Positions 9,440-19,391 of a stretch of DNA of 64,000 nucleotides are shown piece after piece. Both the position numbers and the translations under genes were made by a program. The stretch lies in contig CABYFG010000004.1 of NCBI GenBank assembly GCA_902518185.1, positions 30,198 through 94,197 on the forward strand. The letters are read 5' to 3'. Each line of letters begins with the position of its first letter. Position 1 is the stretch's first letter. This DNA comes from an uncultured Pelagibacteraceae bacterium. Lineage in GTDB: Bacteria > Pseudomonadota > Alphaproteobacteria > Pelagibacterales > Pelagibacteraceae. A model generated the notes under the pieces. The model saw nothing but the letters and a program-made list of their open reading frames with translations, ran no database searches and was not told the origin of the DNA.

Positions 9440-10452
9440 TTAAATCTATTTTTAAATAAGAAATTCAAAGTTGAAGCAACCAAGAGTATTGAACTAAATT
9501 GATGTAATGAAGCTAAAATAATATTAGCACCTGTCATGATCGTTAAAATTCCCAAAATTACTTGAAGAATAATTATAAATCCAAGTATGTTTATTGATTT
9601 AAAAAGTTGATTAATTTTATTTTTATAAATGAGAAAATACATAAGACTATAAATAATCAAAATTATATAAGCTAGATTTCTATGAATAAATTGCACTAAA
9701 GATGGATCACTTAATGCTGAAATTCTGAAAAGACTTCTAAAACGATTGTCATCGGGAAAAAAATTATCACCCATCAGAGGCCATGAATTATATATTTTAC
9801 CTGCATCCATGCCCGCAACGAAAGCACCAACTATTATCTGTAAAAAAATAAGCACTAGAAAAATTTCAGGTAAATATTTTTTTAACTTTCTATTTAAAAT
9901 CATATTATTTTTTAAACTTAAATAATTCCAATAAATTAAAGATAGAATAATAAATGCAAATAATAAATGAATTGAAAGTCTAAAATGGCTTACATCCACA
10001 TTGTTGATTAGACCACTTTGAACCATGTACCATCCTAAAAAGCCCTGAAAGCAAATTAATAAAAAAATAATATAGTATCTGTTAGTTTTATGTAAACCAA
10101 CTTTAAATGTAAAATAAATTAAAGGGAAAAAAAATACTAAACCGATTAATCTTCCAAAAAATCTATGAGCCCATTCCCACCAAAAAATTATTTTAAATTC
10201 TTCTAAACTCATTGAAAAATTTTGTAACTTAAACTCTGTAGTATTCTTATAAGTTTCAAAATAAATTTCCCATGACACAGTGTTTAATGGAGGAATTAAG
10301 CCTTTAAAAAGTTCCCATTCAGTTATAGATAGGCCCGAGTCAGTAAGTCTAGTCAAACCACCAATTACAATCATTGTAGCCACTAAAAAAAACATCAATA
10401 ATAGCCAATATGAAATGTAATCTTTATATTTATGATTTGTTTCTTTATACAT
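9436..10452 (-). CDS. ctaA: Heme A synthase (COX15/CtaA, type 2)
   Basis: GGLTRLTDSGLSITEW, WWEWAHR, QGFLGWYMVQSGL, VQFIHR, LASLHQ. Confidence 0.96.
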   Translation of the reverse strand: MYKETNHKYKDYISYWLLLMFFLVATMIVIGGLTRLTDSGLSITEWELFKGLIPPLNTVSWEIYFETYKNTTEFKLQNFSMSLEEFKIIFWWEWAHRFFGRLIGLVFFFPLIYFTFKVGLHKTNRYYIIFLLICFQGFLGWYMVQSGLINNVDVSHFRLSIHLLFAFIILSLIYWNYLSLKNNMILNRKLKKYLPEIFLVLIFLQIIVGAFVAGMDAGKIYNSWPLMGDNFFPDDNRFRSLFRISALSDPSLVQFIHRNLAYIILIIYSLMYFLIYKNKINQLFKSINILGFIIILQVILGILTIMTGANIILASLHQFSSILLVASTLNFLFKNRFN

Positions 10453-10494
10453 AATTTTTAGATATAGTATTTTAAAATTATTCCAATTGTGTAA

Positions 10495-10785
10495 ATGTCG
10501 CCAATTAATATTAAAAAACTAAATAAATTGAGAAAAAAACTTGATTCTTTAGATAATAAGCTATTAAGACTCATCAAAATTAGGACAGGTTTAGTAACCA
10601 ATGTACTTAAACTTAAGATTTATAAAAAGGAAATTGTTGATAAAAAAAGAATTAAAAAAATTTTAAATAATATTAGAAAAAAATCAATTAAACAAAAAAT
10701 CGATCCAAAAATTACTAATAGAATATGGAAAAATATGATTTTGTCATATATTGATTTTGAAAAAAGAAATTTTAAAAAGAAGTAA
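10495..10785 (+). CDS. Chorismate mutase (AroQ type)
   Basis: LRKKLDSLDNKLLRLIKIR...LK...IVDKKR. Confidence 0.8.
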   Translation: MSPINIKKLNKLRKKLDSLDNKLLRLIKIRTGLVTNVLKLKIYKKEIVDKKRIKKILNNIRKKSIKQKIDPKITNRIWKNMILSYIDFEKRNFKKK

Positions 10786-10977
10786 TTATTTACTATGAGG
10801 TGGAAGTTTTTTTTCAACAAAAAACTCGTGTTTTCTTGTATCTGGATTATATTTTTTCACTTTTAGTTTAATTTTTGCTTTTTCGCCGCCAGCTGGTTTT
10901 TTTACATAATAAAAAAATCGACTATCTGGTTTGGACTCGGGTACCAATCTTACTTTGATATGAGTTTTTTTAGCCAT
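10786..10977 (-). CDS. rpmG: 50S ribosomal protein L33 (Cys-free)
   Basis: IKVRLV...FFYYVKK...KLKVKKYNP...HEFFVEKK. Confidence 0.9.
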   Translation of the reverse strand: MAKKTHIKVRLVPESKPDSRFFYYVKKPAGGEKAKIKLKVKKYNPDTRKHEFFVEKKLPPHSK

Positions 10978-10978
10978 T

Positions 10979-11344
10979 TTATTCTTTTAAATTCTTAATT
11001 AATTTTGATAAATTCTCAATTTTTACTTTTAAATTATTTAATTTTATAGAATGATTAAATTTTTCGTCAAGTTTTAAAAAATCTTCTTTTTCTAAAGCTT
11101 TCTTCGCACCATTTATAGTCATACCTTGCTTTTTTAATAGAAAATATATTTTTTTAAGTAATTCAATATTTCTTTTATCATAATATCTTCTATTACCATT
11201 TAATATCTTTGGTTTTAATTGTTTAAATTCTTTTTCCCAAAAACGAATTGTATGTGTTGGTAATGAATGACTTTTTTTTGACTTTAAATTTAATATTTTA
11301 ACGACTTCACCAATTGTTTTGTATGCACTATCAAGTTTAGACAT
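10979..11344 (-). CDS. MerR-family HTH regulator of the ihfA-linked type
   Basis: AYKTIGEV, HTIRFWEKEF, GNRRYY, GMTINGAKK; follows ihfA. Confidence 0.9.
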   Translation of the reverse strand: MSKLDSAYKTIGEVVKILNLKSKKSHSLPTHTIRFWEKEFKQLKPKILNGNRRYYDKRNIELLKKIYFLLKKQGMTINGAKKALEKEDFLKLDEKFNHSIKLNNLKVKIENLSKLIKNLKE

Positions 11345-11639
11345 TGTTATTTAATGAATTGATAAGTAGCTTAAATTCTTTAGATGGTTTGAATAATACC
11401 ACATCTCTTTTAGTAATTGTTTTTTGTTCTTTCGTTTTTGGATTGCGGCCAATGCGAGATTTTTTTGTTCTTATTGTAAAAGTACCAAATTTAGATAATT
11501 TTAATTTTCCAGATTGGTGCAAGTTGTTAATAATCAAGTCAAAAAAATCCTCAATTAAACTTTCGGCTATTTGTTTTGAAAAACCTATCTGCATGTATAC
11601 TTGATTAATAAGGTCTTTTCTTGTTAAATTTAATCTCAT
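11337..11639 (-). CDS. ihfA: Integration host factor alpha subunit
   Basis: LTRKDL, KLSKFGTF, RIGRNPKT, FKPS; plsX-ihfA-merR context. Confidence 0.9.
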   Translation of the reverse strand: MRLNLTRKDLINQVYMQIGFSKQIAESLIEDFFDLIINNLHQSGKLKLSKFGTFTIRTKKSRIGRNPKTKEQKTITKRDVVLFKPSKEFKLLINSLNNNV

Positions 11640-11640
11640 A

Positions 11641-12642
11641 TTAAATATTACTTTTTATTTTATCAATTAAATTTCCCATTATTATTTTATTACATACTTC
11701 AAGTGAGTTAGAAAAGCCTATAAAATCTGTTCCACCATGACTTTTTACAACTGGTGCATCTAATCCAATAAAAATTGCACCATTGTACCGTCTTGGATCT
11801 AATCGCTTTTTAAATTTTCTTAAATTTGAAATATTTAGTAATGAAGAGATTTTACTAATGAGCGAACCTTGAAGAGCTAATTTTAATTCATCCATAATGA
11901 AATTTGCTGTACCTTCGGCAGTTTTAAGTGCTACATTTCCTGTAAAACCATCAGATACAATAACATTAACTTTACCATCCATTATCTCATTTCCCTCTAT
12001 GTAACCATCAAAATCGAAATTCTTTTTTTTAATTTCATTTAATTTCTGGAAAGTTTCTTTAATTATCTCATTGCCTTTTAGTTCCTCAGATCCAATATTT
12101 AATAATGCAACATTTGGATTTTTTTCTGGATAAAGAGATTTGTACAATGATGCACCCATAATAGAAAAATCAATTAAATTTTTTGAACTACACTCAATAT
12201 TTGCGCCTAAATCTAAAACCACACTCATATCAGTTTTATTTGGCCATAGAGCTGATAGTGCTGGCTTATCAATATTTTCAATCATCTTTAAGTTTAATTT
12301 TGAAATAACAAGCAGTGCACCAGTATTTCCCGCAGAAATAACTATATCCGACTCTTTTTTTTTGACACTTTCTATTGCAAGCCACATACTTGTTTTTTTG
12401 CCTCTCTTAGCAGCTTCAAGTGGGCTATCAGTGCTTTTTACTTTTTCTTTTGTATCAAATATTTCATAATAACTTTTATCAATCTCATTATTTAGATAAT
12501 TTAATATTTCAGATTTATCTCCAAAAATCTTATAAAAATTATTCTTATTTGACTTGTGATTATGAATTATTCCGTCAATAATTTTTTTTGGAGAATTGTC
12601 CCCACCCATTGCATCTATTGCAATCTTTACTGAATCAATCAT
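11641..12642 (-). CDS. plsX: Phosphate acyltransferase PlsX
   Basis: IAIDAMGGD, SAGNTGA, LDLGAN, DGFTGNVALKTAEG, VVKSHG. Confidence 0.97.
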   Translation of the reverse strand: MIDSVKIAIDAMGGDNSPKKIIDGIIHNHKSNKNNFYKIFGDKSEILNYLNNEIDKSYYEIFDTKEKVKSTDSPLEAAKRGKKTSMWLAIESVKKKESDIVISAGNTGALLVISKLNLKMIENIDKPALSALWPNKTDMSVVLDLGANIECSSKNLIDFSIMGASLYKSLYPEKNPNVALLNIGSEELKGNEIIKETFQKLNEIKKKNFDFDGYIEGNEIMDGKVNVIVSDGFTGNVALKTAEGTANFIMDELKLALQGSLISKISSLLNISNLRKFKKRLDPRRYNGAIFIGLDAPVVKSHGGTDFIGFSNSLEVCNKIIMGNLIDKIKSNI

Positions 12643-12660
12643 TAGCTGATTTTAAAGTAT

Positions 12661-12843
12661 TTATTCTTTAGGGTCTATAACTTGACGACCTTTATACATG
12701 CCTGTTTTTAAATCCAAATGATGGGGTAATCTGTATTCACCCGATTTTTTATCCTCTATTATATTTTTTGAGGAATATTTCATATTTTTTGCTCTCCTCA
12801 TGCCTGTTCGAGATGGTGTTTGTTTTCTTTTAGGAACCGCCAT
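12661..12843 (-). CDS. rpmF: 50S ribosomal protein L32 (Cys-free)
   Basis: [27 protein letters not shown]. Confidence 0.96.
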   Translation of the reverse strand: MAVPKRKQTPSRTGMRRAKNMKYSSKNIIEDKKSGEYRLPHHLDLKTGMYKGRQVIDPKE

Positions 12844-12845
12844 AA

Positions 12846-13313
12846 TTATTTGTTACTTACACTTTTTAAGTAAGAATTCAAAGTTTTTTTTGAAAGCATA
12901 TCATTAAATTCGTCAAAATATTCAACAATATTTGAAATATTACCAAAATTAATTAAAATTTTCGAAATTTTACTTTTTTTTACATCTTCACTATCTTTAT
13001 CCCAAAAATGTATATCAGATACTATCGAATGAAATAAATTTATATAGTCCTTCATTTTTTTATTAATAGATTGATCTCCATAACCAATTTCTCTAATGCT
13101 TAGTTCAATTTGTCGGAAGTTAAAATCATATAAGTCTTGTAACGTTTTTTTTTCATTTTTATCCTTAAAGTTTTTTAGTAAAAAGGCAAAATGTAATAAA
13201 AATATAGTTAATCTATCAGAAAAAATGTCTTGTTTTTTTAGACTTGAATAAAGTTTTTTATTTGTGGTTAAATAAACTAAATTATTGTAAATTTTTAAGT
13301 AATCTTTATTCAT
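12846..13313 (-). CDS. Ubiquinol-cytochrome c chaperone (Cbp3/UQCC1-like)
   Basis: [20 protein letters not shown] motif. Start re-called at MNKDYL (ATG 13313); the 43 upstream codons are antisense to bamE. Confidence 0.82.
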   Translation of the reverse strand: MNKDYLKIYNNLVYLTTNKKLYSSLKKQDIFSDRLTIFLLHFAFLLKNFKDKNEKKTLQDLYDFNFRQIELSIREIGYGDQSINKKMKDYINLFHSIVSDIHFWDKDSEDVKKSKISKILINFGNISNIVEYFDEFNDMLSKKTLNSYLKSVSNK

Positions 13314-13776
13314 GAAAACTGTATTTATTATATTAGTATTATTTACGCTTACTGCAAGTTGCACTTTTGACAAAGTTGTAAAAAAACATGGGGTTCGAAA
13401 CTTAGAAAAGAAACAAGAAAAACTAGTTATTCTTGAAAGCAATAAAAATGATATTCAAGAAATTTTAGGACCTCCATCAACCAAAAGTGTATTTGATAAT
13501 GACTTATGGATCTATATTGAAAGAGAAATCACTAATGAAAAACTAATTAAATTGGGTTCAGAAAAATTACTTACTAACAATGTATTATTTTTAGAAATAG
13601 ATGCTAAGGGTTTATTAATTAAAAAAAAATTTTATGACATAAATGAAATGAATAATATAAAATTAAGTAAATTATCAACAGAGGCTAAATACAGTAAAAA
13701 TTCTTTTATTTATGAATTTTTATCTAGTATGAGACAAAAAATAAACGATCCACTAGGTAAAAGAAAAAAACCTTAA
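13312..13776 (+). CDS. bamE: Outer membrane assembly lipoprotein BamE (SmpA/OmlA)
   Basis: Signal peptide ending LTASC; ILGPPSTKSVFDNDLWIYI; divergent from cbp3 as in other alphaproteobacteria. Confidence 0.87.
   Translation: MKTVFIILVLFTLTASCTFDKVVKKHGVRNLEKKQEKLVILESNKNDIQEILGPPSTKSVFDNDLWIYIEREITNEKLIKLGSEKLLTNNVLFLEIDAKGLLIKKKFYDINEMNNIKLSKLSTEAKYSKNSFIYEFLSSMRQKINDPLGKRKKP
13330..13357 (-). promoter_or_regulatory. Candidate promoter of the cbp3-rpmF-plsX operon inside the bamE coding region (TTGCAG-N16-TAATAT)
   Basis: -35 at 13357-13352, -10 at 13335-13330; an overlapping TATAAT lies at 13332-13327. Confidence 0.4.
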
Positions 13777-13783
13777 TTTATTT

Positions 13784-15889
13784 TTATCCTGCGATCACAG
13801 CTAAAAGTAAAAGTGCAACAATGTTTGTAATTTTAATCATTGGATTGACGGCAGGTCCTGCAGTATCTTTATATGGATCTCCAACTGTGTCACCTGTTAC
13901 AGCCGCTTTGTGTGCATCCGAACCTTTACCTCCATAGTTTCCGTCCTCAATAAACTTCTTAGCATTGTCCCATGCACCACCACCAGCTGTCATTGATACA
14001 GCGACAAATAATCCAGTTATTATTACTCCTAACAACATAGCACCAACTGACGCTAATGCTGCAACCTGTCCACCAATTGCAAAAATTATTAAGTATAAAA
14101 CTATTGGGGACAAAACAGGCAACAGTGAAGGTATTATCATTTCTTTTATTGCAGCTACTGTTAATAAATCAACAAGTTTTGCATAATCTGGTTTTTGTTT
14201 TCTTTTCATTATTCCAGGATACTTTTTAAATTGTCTTCTTACCTCTATTACAACAGCGCCACCTGCTCTTCCAACAGCTTGCATCCCCATAGATCCAAAT
14301 AGATAGGGCAACATACCACCGATTAATAAACCGACAACAATATAAGGATTAGATAAATCAAATGTAACAACGATACCCTCCAATTTTGAGCCAGCTACTT
14401 TAGAAAAATGTTTAATGTCCTCTGTATAAGCAGCAAATAAAACAAGCGCACCAAGGCCCGCAGAGCCAATAGCATATCCCTTGGTCACTGCTTTAGTTGT
14501 GTTACCAACAGCATCTAAAGCATCTGTAGTTTTTCTAACATTATTTGGTAATTTAGACATTTCTGCAATACCGCCTGCGTTATCAGTAACTGGTCCATAC
14601 GCATCTAAAGCTACAACCATACCAGCTAAAGCTAACATTGTTGTTACAGCTATTGCAATACCATATAGTCCAGCAATCTGATTAGTAATCAATATACCAG
14701 CGACTATAATTAAAGCTGGTATTGCAGTTGCTTCCAATGAAATTGCTAACCCTTGAATTACATTTGTTCCATGTCCTGTTGTTGAAGAACTGGCAACACT
14801 TCTTACAGGTCTATAGTTAGTACCTGTGTAATATTCAGTAATCCATATTAACAATCCAGTGATAATTAATCCGATTATACCACAATAATATAAACTTAAA
14901 CCTGTAAATGATTTTTCATCTAAAACATAAGAATTGTCTAACCCTAGAACAAAATTAGTTACTGGATATAAAATAACTAATGAGGCTAAAGCTGATACAA
15001 CGAATCCTTTGTATAACGCACCCATAACATTTTTACTTTTGCCAAGCTTTACAAAAAAAGTTCCAATTATTGATGTTAAAATACATGCACCACCAATTGT
15101 TAGTGGGTAAATCATCATTAATAAGTCGCCGGGAAAAAAAATTGAGGATAAAACCATTGTTGCAACAATAGTCACAGCATAGGTTTCAAATAAATCTGCA
15201 GCCATTCCTGCACAATCTCCTACATTATCACCAACATTGTCAGCAATCACAGCTGGATTTCTTGGGTCATCTTCAGGAATTCCCGCTTCTACTTTTCCCA
15301 CCAAATCAGCTCCGACATCAGCACCTTTTGTAAAAATACCACCACCAAGTCTTGCAAATATAGAAATCAATGATGCACCAAAACCAAGTGCAACTAATGC
15401 ATTAACAATCTCTCTTTCATCTATATTAAACATCAATAATAAATAATAATATACAGCAATTGCTAGAAGTGCTAAACCAGCAACTAACATTCCTGTAACC
15501 GCTCCAGACTTAAAAGCTACTGAAAGACCACTAGCTAATCCTTTTCTAGATGCTTCAGCAGTTCTTACGTTTGCTTGAACTGAAACTAACATTCCAACGT
15601 AACCAGCTATACCAGATAAAGCAGCACCTATTAAGTAACCTAATCCAACTAACATACTGAAAGCAAAACTTACAATAATTAGAACAACGATACCAACGAT
15701 AGCAATTGTTTTATATTGTCTTGCTAAATAAGCTTTAGCCCCTATTTGTATTGCTGATGCAATATCTTGCATTTTTGAGTTTCCAGTGCTTGAATTTAAA
15801 ATATTTTTTCCAGTAAGATATCCATAAATTATTGATAATAATCCTGCTCCAATCGTATATAAAAGGATAGTTTCAACAGTTGAATTCAT
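13784..15889 (-). CDS. hppA: Membrane-bound H+-translocating pyrophosphatase, K+-independent type
   Basis: [29 protein letters not shown] (Lys signature), [14 protein letters not shown]. Confidence 0.96.
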   Translation of the reverse strand: MNSTVETILLYTIGAGLLSIIYGYLTGKNILNSSTGNSKMQDIASAIQIGAKAYLARQYKTIAIVGIVVLIIVSFAFSMLVGLGYLIGAALSGIAGYVGMLVSVQANVRTAEASRKGLASGLSVAFKSGAVTGMLVAGLALLAIAVYYYLLLMFNIDEREIVNALVALGFGASLISIFARLGGGIFTKGADVGADLVGKVEAGIPEDDPRNPAVIADNVGDNVGDCAGMAADLFETYAVTIVATMVLSSIFFPGDLLMMIYPLTIGGACILTSIIGTFFVKLGKSKNVMGALYKGFVVSALASLVILYPVTNFVLGLDNSYVLDEKSFTGLSLYYCGIIGLIITGLLIWITEYYTGTNYRPVRSVASSSTTGHGTNVIQGLAISLEATAIPALIIVAGILITNQIAGLYGIAIAVTTMLALAGMVVALDAYGPVTDNAGGIAEMSKLPNNVRKTTDALDAVGNTTKAVTKGYAIGSAGLGALVLFAAYTEDIKHFSKVAGSKLEGIVVTFDLSNPYIVVGLLIGGMLPYLFGSMGMQAVGRAGGAVVIEVRRQFKKYPGIMKRKQKPDYAKLVDLLTVAAIKEMIIPSLLPVLSPIVLYLIIFAIGGQVAALASVGAMLLGVIITGLFVAVSMTAGGGAWDNAKKFIEDGNYGGKGSDAHKAAVTGDTVGDPYKDTAGPAVNPMIKITNIVALLLLAVIAG

Positions 15890-15970
15890 ATATTCCTTAA
15901 TTATGAAGTTGGTTGTTTATTTTAAAAATCGGACAATACAAAAAAGGATGTAAAACGCAATAAATAACTT

Positions 15971-16933
15971 CTAAAATTTATGAAAATAACCTTTATTTTT
16001 AATCCCAATTTTATTCCCTTTTTCATCAATTATTTGTGTTTTTTGAGTGCCTGGGCAAATTTTTCCAATTTTTGAAATCTTAATACCTAAGGTTTTAAAA
16101 GTTTTTTCAACGATTCTAGACTTTTTTTTAGAGGCCGTGAAAAGTATTTGATAGTCATCACCTTTTGATATGAAGTCAATTTTTTTTAATTTTTTTAATA
16201 AAATTAGATCACGAAGATGTTTTGATATTGGAACATCAGTTAAATTAATCTGGTATGATAGATTTTGATTGTTAATGAGTTTGTCTAAATCAGTAAAAAG
16301 ACCATCAGAAATATCTATTGAAGTATTAGCAAACTTAAATAATCTTTTAGTTAAATTTTCATATAATTCTGGAAGATAATATTTCTTAAGAAAATATTTT
16401 TTAAAATATTTATTAACTGAGATTTCTTTTTTTAAAATTCTTAACCCCATATAGCTATCACCTAGATTACCTGTTACATAGATATCATCATTTAATTTTG
16501 CATTATTTCTAAATATTATATTTTTGGAATAACCAACAGTTATTATAGTAAAACTTAATTTATTTGAAAAAATTGTATCTCCACCAGATAAATAAATTTG
16601 AAATTTCTTTTGTTCTTGTTCTAGCGATTTAGAAATCTTTTTTAAATTTGATTTATTAAATGTTTTGCTATTCCCAGCACCAGAAATAAAATAATATTTT
16701 GGCTTAACTCCTTTGCAAATTAAATCTGAGATTGAGGATCTAATTATTTTCTTAATTACTAAGTTAGGATATTTAAAATTTAAAAAATGAGTTTTTTCTA
16801 TATAAGAATCTACAGAAATAATTAATTTTTTTGATTTATCAAAAAAAACATCATCATTAAGATATAATGAATTCTTATTATCTAAAGATAATTTGGAAAA
16901 ATAATCTTTAATTATCCTATATTCTTGCATCAT
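15971..16933 (-). CDS. thiL: Thiamine-phosphate kinase
   Basis: NDD, SDLICKG, GGDT, DISDGL, GDDYQILFT; follows nusB. Confidence 0.9.
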   Translation of the reverse strand: MMQEYRIIKDYFSKLSLDNKNSLYLNDDVFFDKSKKLIISVDSYIEKTHFLNFKYPNLVIKKIIRSSISDLICKGVKPKYYFISGAGNSKTFNKSNLKKISKSLEQEQKKFQIYLSGGDTIFSNKLSFTIITVGYSKNIIFRNNAKLNDDIYVTGNLGDSYMGLRILKKEISVNKYFKKYFLKKYYLPELYENLTKRLFKFANTSIDISDGLFTDLDKLINNQNLSYQINLTDVPISKHLRDLILLKKLKKIDFISKGDDYQILFTASKKKSRIVEKTFKTLGIKISKIGKICPGTQKTQIIDEKGNKIGIKNKGYFHKF

Positions 16934-17327
16934 TAGATCTTAATTTTTTTGCAGCATTGTCTAATAATGCGTTAAGATATTTTATTTGAGAAGTGTCTAA
17001 AAAAAGATTTGATGCATTAAGATATTCTTTTATTATAATATTTATTGAAACATTGGGCCTATATAGAATCTCATATGTTGCAGATTTTAAAATAACCTGG
17101 AAAATTTTATCTAATTTATATTTGTTAAATTTCTCTCCTAACTTTTTGTCTAATTCTTCCACAATAATCTCATTTCTTTCTATTGTACCTAACACAATGT
17201 CTTTAATAAATTTTTTGAATCTATGTTTTGGAAAATCTATTTTTTCATCATTATTAAATAAAAAACCATATAATTTTTGAATAATAATTACTCTCGGGTT
17301 ATTTTTAGAGCTGTACATTGTTTTCAT
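16917..17327 (-). CDS. nusB: Transcription antitermination factor NusB
   Basis: ILKSATYEI, IIKEYL, YLNALLD; ribH-nusB-thiL order. Confidence 0.87.
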   Translation of the reverse strand: MKTMYSSKNNPRVIIIQKLYGFLFNNDEKIDFPKHRFKKFIKDIVLGTIERNEIIVEELDKKLGEKFNKYKLDKIFQVILKSATYEILYRPNVSINIIIKEYLNASNLFLDTSQIKYLNALLDNAAKKLRSNDARI

Positions 17328-17710
17328 TTTTGGGATAAAACTGATACAATTGCATTAGCTGCCTCAGCACCTTTCTTCTTTCTCTCTTTTGCTTGTTTCA
17401 TATTTAAACAAGTAAGTATTCCGTTTCCAATTGGCTTTTTAAAATTTACAGCTAAGTTCATAATAGCGTCTATTGAGGATTTAGATATGTAATCAAAGTG
17501 TGGAGTTTGGCCTTTTATGACACATCCAATTGCAATAAAAGCATCAAATCTTTTCTGATGTTTTGATATTGTAATCGGTATTTCAAAAACACCAGGAACT
17601 TTAATTATTTTTATTTTAAAATTTTTTGGAAGATTTTTTTTCGCACTATCTAACAAACCTAAAGAAATATCTTTATAATAATCAGCTGAAACTATTAAAA
17701 TTTTTTTCAT
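17324..17710 (-). CDS. ribH: 6,7-dimethyl-8-ribityllumazine synthase
   Basis: VPGVFEIP, GCVIKGQTPHFDYI, PIGNGILT. Confidence 0.95.
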   Translation of the reverse strand: MKKILIVSADYYKDISLGLLDSAKKNLPKNFKIKIIKVPGVFEIPITISKHQKRFDAFIAIGCVIKGQTPHFDYISKSSIDAIMNLAVNFKKPIGNGILTCLNMKQAKERKKKGAEAANAIVSVLSQK

Positions 17711-18810
17711 TATATTAGTTCTTGTTTAGTAATCTTAATATTATATCCCTCGAGACCAACAACTTTTTTTGGTGTTTTAGTAATTAATATCATCTTTTTA
17801 ATTCCTAAGTCTTTTATTATTTGAGCACCAATACCATAATTTCTTATTAAATTATCTTTATCTTTTTTTTTTAAATCTTTATTTTTATAACTTTTTAATG
17901 TTTGAGAAACAGAATTTAAATTTGTATCTTTAATAAATACAAGTACGCAATTACTATATTTTTTAAAATAGTTTAGAGTTTTATCAAATGAATTAGGTAA
18001 TTTTTGACTCATCAAATAATTATAAACTATATTTGATGAAATAACTCTGACACGTGGTGTTACATTTCTTTTAATTGATCCTTTTATAAGTGCAAAATGT
18101 TCTGATCCATCTAATAAATTTTCATATATCCTAATTTTATAATTTTGATCTTTAATCTTTATTTTAGATATTTTTTTAAGTTTGATTAATTTTTCTTTTT
18201 TTAATCGATAAGAAATAAGATCTTCAATTTTTCCAACTTTAAGTTTGTGCTTATGAGCAAAATTAAAAAGTTCATGTCCTTTGGCCATTGTTCCGTCCTC
18301 ATTCATTATTTCGCAAATAACTGCTGAATTATTTTTTTTTGCTAATTTTGAAATATCGACTGATGCTTCGGTGTGACCAGCCCTTACAAGTACACCACCA
18401 TCTTTTGCAATTATTGGAAATACATGACCAGGAGATACAATATCTTGTTTATTTACGTTTTTTTTTGAAGCTATTCTAATAGTTCTCGCTCTGTCTCTTG
18501 CTGATATGCCAGTTGTAATACCTTTTTTAGCTTCTATTGAGATTGTAAAAGCTGTTTGATTTCTAGATTTATTTACAGGTGACATTAAAGATAAATCTAA
18601 TTTTTTAGCTTGGAGACTATCTAAGGCTAAACAAATAAGGCCTCTTCCATATTTAGCCATAAAGTTAATATTCTTTGCATTTGTATCTGAGGTTGACATA
18701 ACTAAATCACCCTCATTTTCTCTTTTTTCATCATCAACTAAAATGTACATACCCCCTTTTTTGGCAACATTTATTATAGTTTCTATTGATGAATAATTAT
18801 TTTTTTTCAT
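17710..18810 (-). CDS. ribB: DHBP synthase RibB fused to a degenerate GTP cyclohydrolase II-like domain (RibBX)
   Basis: DDEKRENEGD, TTGISARDRA, PGHVFP, RAGHTEA; the C-terminal domain lacks the Zn-binding Cys residues. Confidence 0.92.
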   Translation of the reverse strand: MKKNNYSSIETIINVAKKGGMYILVDDEKRENEGDLVMSTSDTNAKNINFMAKYGRGLICLALDSLQAKKLDLSLMSPVNKSRNQTAFTISIEAKKGITTGISARDRARTIRIASKKNVNKQDIVSPGHVFPIIAKDGGVLVRAGHTEASVDISKLAKKNNSAVICEIMNEDGTMAKGHELFNFAHKHKLKVGKIEDLISYRLKKEKLIKLKKISKIKIKDQNYKIRIYENLLDGSEHFALIKGSIKRNVTPRVRVISSNIVYNYLMSQKLPNSFDKTLNYFKKYSNCVLVFIKDTNLNSVSQTLKSYKNKDLKKKDKDNLIRNYGIGAQIIKDLGIKKMILITKTPKKVVGLEGYNIKITKQELI

Positions 18811-19390
18811 AAAAATAGTTTCTAACGTATTTTGAAAGAATATCTATTTCTACGTTAACTAAATTACCTTTTTTAAGAGATGATAAATTTGTTAATTTAT
18901 AAGTATGAGGAATTATCCAGATCTGAAAACCTTTTTTCGTCACTTTAGAAATTGTTAATGATATACCATTTATACTAATTGAGGCTTTTTCGATTATATT
19001 TTTTCTCTCTTTTTTATTAATTTCAAAATCAAATAGATAAGATTTATCAATATTTTTTACTGATAATATTTTCCCAACAGTGTCAACATGTCCTTGGCAA
19101 ATATGCCCTGAAATTTTTTGACCATATTTAAGAGGAAGTTCTAGATTAATTCTATCATTTAACTTTATATATTTAAATTTTGATCTTTTTATTGTTTCAT
19201 TTGATAAATAAAATTCCATAATTCTTTTTTTTATTGAAATTAGAGTAAGACAAACTCCATCACAAGCTACAGAAACACCTATATCTTTTAAACCTAGTTT
19301 TAGATTAGATTTTACAAAAATATTTATTCCTTTTGGTCTTTTAATTATTTTTGTTATTAAACCTTTGTTAAAAATAATTCCATTAAACAT
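18797..19390 (-). CDS. ribE: Riboflavin synthase
   Basis: MFNGII, SVACDGVCLT, GHICQGHVD, INGISLT, VNVEIDIL. Confidence 0.95.
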   Translation of the reverse strand: MFNGIIFNKGLITKIIKRPKGINIFVKSNLKLGLKDIGVSVACDGVCLTLISIKKRIMEFYLSNETIKRSKFKYIKLNDRINLELPLKYGQKISGHICQGHVDTVGKILSVKNIDKSYLFDFEINKKERKNIIEKASISINGISLTISKVTKKGFQIWIIPHTYKLTNLSSLKKGNLVNVEIDILSKYVRNYFYEKK

Positions 19391-19391
19391 T

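Noticed and set aside
13314-13442. 43-codon N-terminal extension of cbp3 in the ORF track
   Set aside because: Antisense to the bamE N-terminus with shadow-like composition; ATG 13313 is more plausible
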